Shown: positions 60,395 through 64,000 of the stretch, in pieces | Numbering within the stretch: the first letter of the stretch is position 1 | Layout of the letters: each line of letters starts with the position of its first letter | Virus record (IMG/VR): IMGVR_UViG_2740891861_000008 | Coordinates: 1 to 64,000 of that record | Source: a virus | Lineage: Duplodnaviria; Caudoviricetes | Length of the DNA: 64,000 bases | Strand: one strand, 5' to 3' | Position numbers and translations under genes: made by a program | Notes under the pieces: generated by a model | The model's database searches: none | Seen by the model: only the letters and a program-made list of their open reading frames with translations | What the model was told of the DNA's origin: nothing

Positions 60395-62007
60395 TGTCGG
60401 CAAACTGGTTCGACCACGCCATCGCCACGGTGGCGCCGCGCATGGCGGCCCGACGCGTGCTGGCACGGCAGGCTTTCGAGACCCTGACGCGCGGCTATGA
60501 TGGTGCGTCGAAAGGGCGGCGGACGGACGGCTGGCGCGCGCCGGGATCCTCGGCCGACACCGAGATCGGCGTGGCCGGTGCTCTGCTACGCGACCGGATG
60601 CGCGATCTGGTGCGCAACAACCCGCATGCGGCCAAGGCCGTGGCGGTGCTTGTGAACAACATCACCCGCATGCAGAAGGAGGCATCCATGCCTGAGAGCA
60701 CGACCACCGTGGCCGGGGATGTCCCCGCCAGCACCGAGACCCGCCAGCCGCCTGTCGCGGCCCCGGCGAACTCCGAACCCGCCGCCGCGCGTATGCCGGA
60801 TGCGCCCGCCACGCCCGACAGCGAGGCCATCGCAACTCGCGCCCGCGAGGCCGAACGCGACCGCGTCTCCACCATCTACGATCTGACCGGCCGTCTGAAC
60901 CTCGAACGCAGCTTCGCCGACGATCTGGTCAAGCGCGGCGTCAGCGTCGACGAATCCCGCCGCCTTATCCTCGACCAGATCGCCGCGAAATCCGACGAGA
61001 CCCGGACCTTCCCGCATGTCTCGGTGCCCCTCGGCGGCCGCGACGAGCGGATCACCCGCCGCGACGCCGTGGCGAACGCGCTGCTGCACCGCTACAGCCC
61101 CACGCTCTTCCCGCTCGAGGATGCCGCGCGCCAGTATCGCGGCATGACCCTGCTGGAACTGGCCCGCGAAAGCCTCGGCAATGCCGGGGTCAACACGCGG
61201 GGCCTGTCGCGCGACGAGGTGGCGACGCGCGCGCTGCACTCGACCTCGGACTTCCCCGAGATCCTGTCGGCGGTCACCAACAAGACCCTGCGGCAGGCCT
61301 ACGACGCCTATCCCCGGACCTTCGCGCTCTTCTGCCGCCAGGTGCTGGCGACCGACTTCAAGTCCATGCACCGGGTGCAACTGGGCGAGGCGCCGCAGCT
61401 TCTGGAAGTGGGCGAAAGCGGCGAGTTCAAGCGCGGCACCCTTGGGGAAAGCAAGGAGAGCTACCGCGTGAAGACCTATGGCCGGGTCGTCGCGATCACC
61501 AGGCAGGTGCTGATCAACGACGATCTCGACGCCTTCACCCGAATCCCCGCGATGTACGGCAACTCCATCGCGCAGCTGGAAAGCGATGTGGTCTGGGGCA
61601 TCATCACCGCGAACCCGGCGATGGCCGATGGCAACGCGCTGTTCCACACCACGCACAAGAACCTCGCCGCAACGGGCGCCGCGCTGGACGTGGCGAGCGT
61701 TGGCGCGGCCCGGGCGGCGATGGCGCTGCAGACCGGCCTCGACAAGAAGACGGTGCTGAACATCCGCCCAGCCTTCCTGATCGTGCCCGCCGCGCTGGAA
61801 CTGAAGGCCGAGCAGCTGGTGGCGCAGAACCTTGTCCCCGCCGACAGCGCCAAGGTGGTCCCGCAGTCGATCCGTACCCTCTCGCCGATCAGCGAGCCGC
61901 GCCTCGATGCGGCCAGCGCCACTTCCTGGTATCTGGCGGCGAGCCCGAACCAGATCGACACCATCGAATACGCCTATCTCGAGGGCCAGCAGGGTGCCTA
62001 CATCGAA
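60391..62007 (+). pseudogene. Portal N-terminus fused by deletion to C-terminally truncated major capsid
   Basis: RDLVRNNPHA..VNNI joined at ~60663 to TRMQKEASMPE..HSTSDFP..AYLEGQQG; capsid-like sequence stops at ~62007. Confidence 0.8.
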
Positions 62008-62225
62008 AGACGAGCTTCGGTCCGCGACCCTGGGCGGCGATGCCCATGTACATCCGGGCGGGGTCGTTCGTTGCCGGCACAGTCCGGGCGAAAAAGCTGT
62101 CCGTGCGATCCACGCCGGGCGGCGGGAAGATCCGCGCACCGATGAGTTGCGTCGCCATGGGAACCTCCACAGGCCGCAGCTAATCTTGCGGAAGGCCAAA
62201 TGCAAGGATTTATTGCGCACAGCGG

Positions 62226-62882
62226 TCAGGCGATCTGCGCGACCTCCTCGATCCGCGCGGTGCCGGCTTCCTCCTCGAAGTAGCGGTCCCCACCGCTCAG
62301 GGACGCGCAGAAGAGGTCGGCAAGGACGCTGCCGATCCGTCGCATGTCGTCGTGAAAGAGGTCGAGCTTCAGGATCCTCTGCGCTCCGCGCTCGGCGTTG
62401 AACTTCACCCGGAAGCCTGCGAGCAGCGTCTGCCCCGTGCGGGCAGACTGCTTGTGGATCGGCTTGATCGTCCGGCCGTCTCCGTGTGCGAGGGCGTCGC
62501 GGAGCCACTTGAAGAAGTCCTCGGCCGTCATGGCCTCGAAATCGGTGTTGATCCTGCGGTCCTCGATCTCGCGCCCGTCGGCGCGGTCGACCAACACTAG
62601 CTGGGGCATGGCCAGGGACAGCCGCCACGGATCTTCTGTGATCCGTTTCTCCCGCATGGCTTCCCGAACATCATGGGCGCGGTGGTCGGCATGGTCCTGC
62701 CACTGGCCTCGCTGCCCTTGGTTGCCTGCGACCCATGCGCGGTTCTTGGTCCAGAGCAGGACGCTGCTGAACAGGGCGAAGGTCTGCGTCACGTTGAAGG
62801 TCGTCTGCGGCGGCTCGTCGAGCATCGCCTTCAGGCGGTTCACGATGGCCCATTCGACATGTTCGTCAGCGATGCCGCCCAT
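62226..62882 (-). CDS. HEPN-like protein
   Basis: LRDALAHG (Rx4H); SD GGAGG; 12 bp downstream of methylase. Confidence 0.6.
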   Translation of the reverse strand: MGGIADEHVEWAIVNRLKAMLDEPPQTTFNVTQTFALFSSVLLWTKNRAWVAGNQGQRGQWQDHADHRAHDVREAMREKRITEDPWRLSLAMPQLVLVDRADGREIEDRRINTDFEAMTAEDFFKWLRDALAHGDGRTIKPIHKQSARTGQTLLAGFRVKFNAERGAQRILKLDLFHDDMRRIGSVLADLFCASLSGGDRYFEEEAGTARIEEVAQIA

Positions 62883-62894
62883 GAGCCACCTCCT

Positions 62895-64000
62895 TCATTC
62901 GTCCTCCCCATCGTCGTCTGGGTTCTCGTCGTCTTCTTCCGACGCCGTCAGCCCGGCAGCACGTTCGGCTTCGGCGCGTTCGGCATTGAGGGCGAGGAGG
63001 CGGGCGAGCACCTCGTCCTTGAACTCGGACGGCCAGTCGAGGCGCGTTTTGGCCTGCTTGCCTTCGTCGGCGTCCTGCTCGACGAACTCCGGCTGCGCGC
63101 AGTCGGCAAGGTCGTCCCACCCATAGGCGCGCAGGACGGCATCATCCATGTCGGCATGCCGCTCCCGCAGGCGAGCAATATCTGGGGCTTTCTCGAAGCG
63201 GTCGTGGAAGCGGTTGTAGGTCTTAGTGAGGCCTTCACCGCTGCCAGACATCAGGCTAAGCCTTTGAGAGAGAAATGCTTCTCCCTTCGTTGCTAGTTCT
63301 TCAATGTGCCCAGACTTGACAGGGAAGGGGAACGTTTCAAAGCAGGCTCCAGTCGAATAATTCAATGTTTCTCCAAGCGTGGAAGCAAATGTTTCAACCC
63401 ACAACCAGTGAGCGCGTGTATTCAAGACGCAGTCCATAGGCCCCGGTGGAGCCGCAACCACTATCGCTTTCTGATCGAATATTTGCGCTGAAGTGACTCG
63501 CGAAAAGCTAATAAACTTTGTGGCCTGCGAGCAAACGAGAACGCTTGTTTGTGACCTTATCTTATCATAAAGCTTGTTCTTCCGGTAAGCGAACTGCCAC
63601 CATCGGTTGCGAAGGTCCTCTCGCTTCTGTTTCACTCTCTCAGGCTTCACGTATTCTTCTGCAATTTCGACAAGCTCGGGAAATCTCGCTCGCGCATCGG
63701 AGAGGGGCATATTCTCCAAATCAAAGATAAATCGGGAAGCTGCTTGTGCGGGATGGTTGTTGATATCATCGCCGCCCAGATAGGGAAAAATTCGGCTCTC
63801 TGAATAACGATTGGCCAAAACAACTTTTTCAAGCATAGGCGTTGAGGGGCCAAGACCCTTCTCATGTGCCGAGTCATCAAAAATGAAGCCTTTTCCAAGT
63901 GGAATCGATCCTTGAAACGCAAGGCCTGCGTTTGCGACTAGCCTATGGGGAGACGCGTCCAAGTCGCCTTCGACGAGATACGCCGAGATTCGTGAAACCG
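62895..64000 (-). CDS. Type IIG/IIL-like R-M methylase, C-terminal specificity region (partial)
   Basis: WWQF, CFETFPFP, GLTKTYNRFHD, D.AVLRAYGW, LARLLALN; frame open to window edge. Confidence 0.8.
   Translation of the reverse strand, partial: VSRISAYLVEGDLDASPHRLVANAGLAFQGSIPLGKGFIFDDSAHEKGLGPSTPMLEKVVLANRYSESRIFPYLGGDDINNHPAQAASRFIFDLENMPLSDARARFPELVEIAEEYVKPERVKQKREDLRNRWWQFAYRKNKLYDKIRSQTSVLVCSQATKFISFSRVTSAQIFDQKAIVVAAPPGPMDCVLNTRAHWLWVETFASTLGETLNYSTGACFETFPFPVKSGHIEELATKGEAFLSQRLSLMSGSGEGLTKTYNRFHDRFEKAPDIARLRERHADMDDAVLRAYGWDDLADCAQPEFVEQDADEGKQAKTRLDWPSEFKDEVLARLLALNAERAEAERAAGLTASEEDDENPDDDGEDE

Larger units (their letters stand above)
54180..64000. mobile_element. Element 2: degenerate tandem prophage / defence island (continues beyond window)
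   Basis: Own hairpin (54207-54230) and GTGGAAGCA x2; fragments of terS, terL, portal, capsid. Confidence 0.75.

Noticed and set aside
54340-64000. Complete DISARM or BREX system from PLD + methylase
   Set aside because: PLD is truncated and much larger than DrmC, is separated by phage relics, and no partner genes are visible in the window

Overview
High-GC alphaproteobacterial (Rhodobacteraceae-like, inferred) chromosome. An initiator tRNA-Met (49-125) is the integration site for two tandem elements. Element 1 (~79-54179, bounded by a duplicated tRNA 3' half) is a ~54-kb, apparently near-complete siphovirus prophage: lambda-type head and terminase, RcGTA-type tail tip, internal tyrosine integrase, iteron-bearing replication gene, and an IS3-like element with subterminal IRs inside a ParB-methylase. 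It carries conflict cargo at five sites: Fic and HelD-nuclease at attL; a Zn-finger/HEPN moron in the tail operon; a solo PIN; a soluble receiver/histidine kinase pair behind a type III R-M plus a RES-Xre TA; and a GIY-YIG-like nuclease coupled to a PHP-ABC-ATPase at attR. Element 2 (from 54180) is a heavily deleted, oppositely oriented prophage relic: truncated PLD gene, terL split by a 1.8-kb small-plasmid piece (MOBV-like oriT, BrnT/BrnA), in-frame portal-capsid deletion fusion, then a type IIG-like methylase with a HEPN gene. Best novelty candidates: the GIY-YIG + PHP-ATPase operon, the REC/HK pair linked to R-M, the fully dual-coded C5 methylase, and the ZnF-HEPN moron. All protein calls come from motif reading only; no database searches were run.
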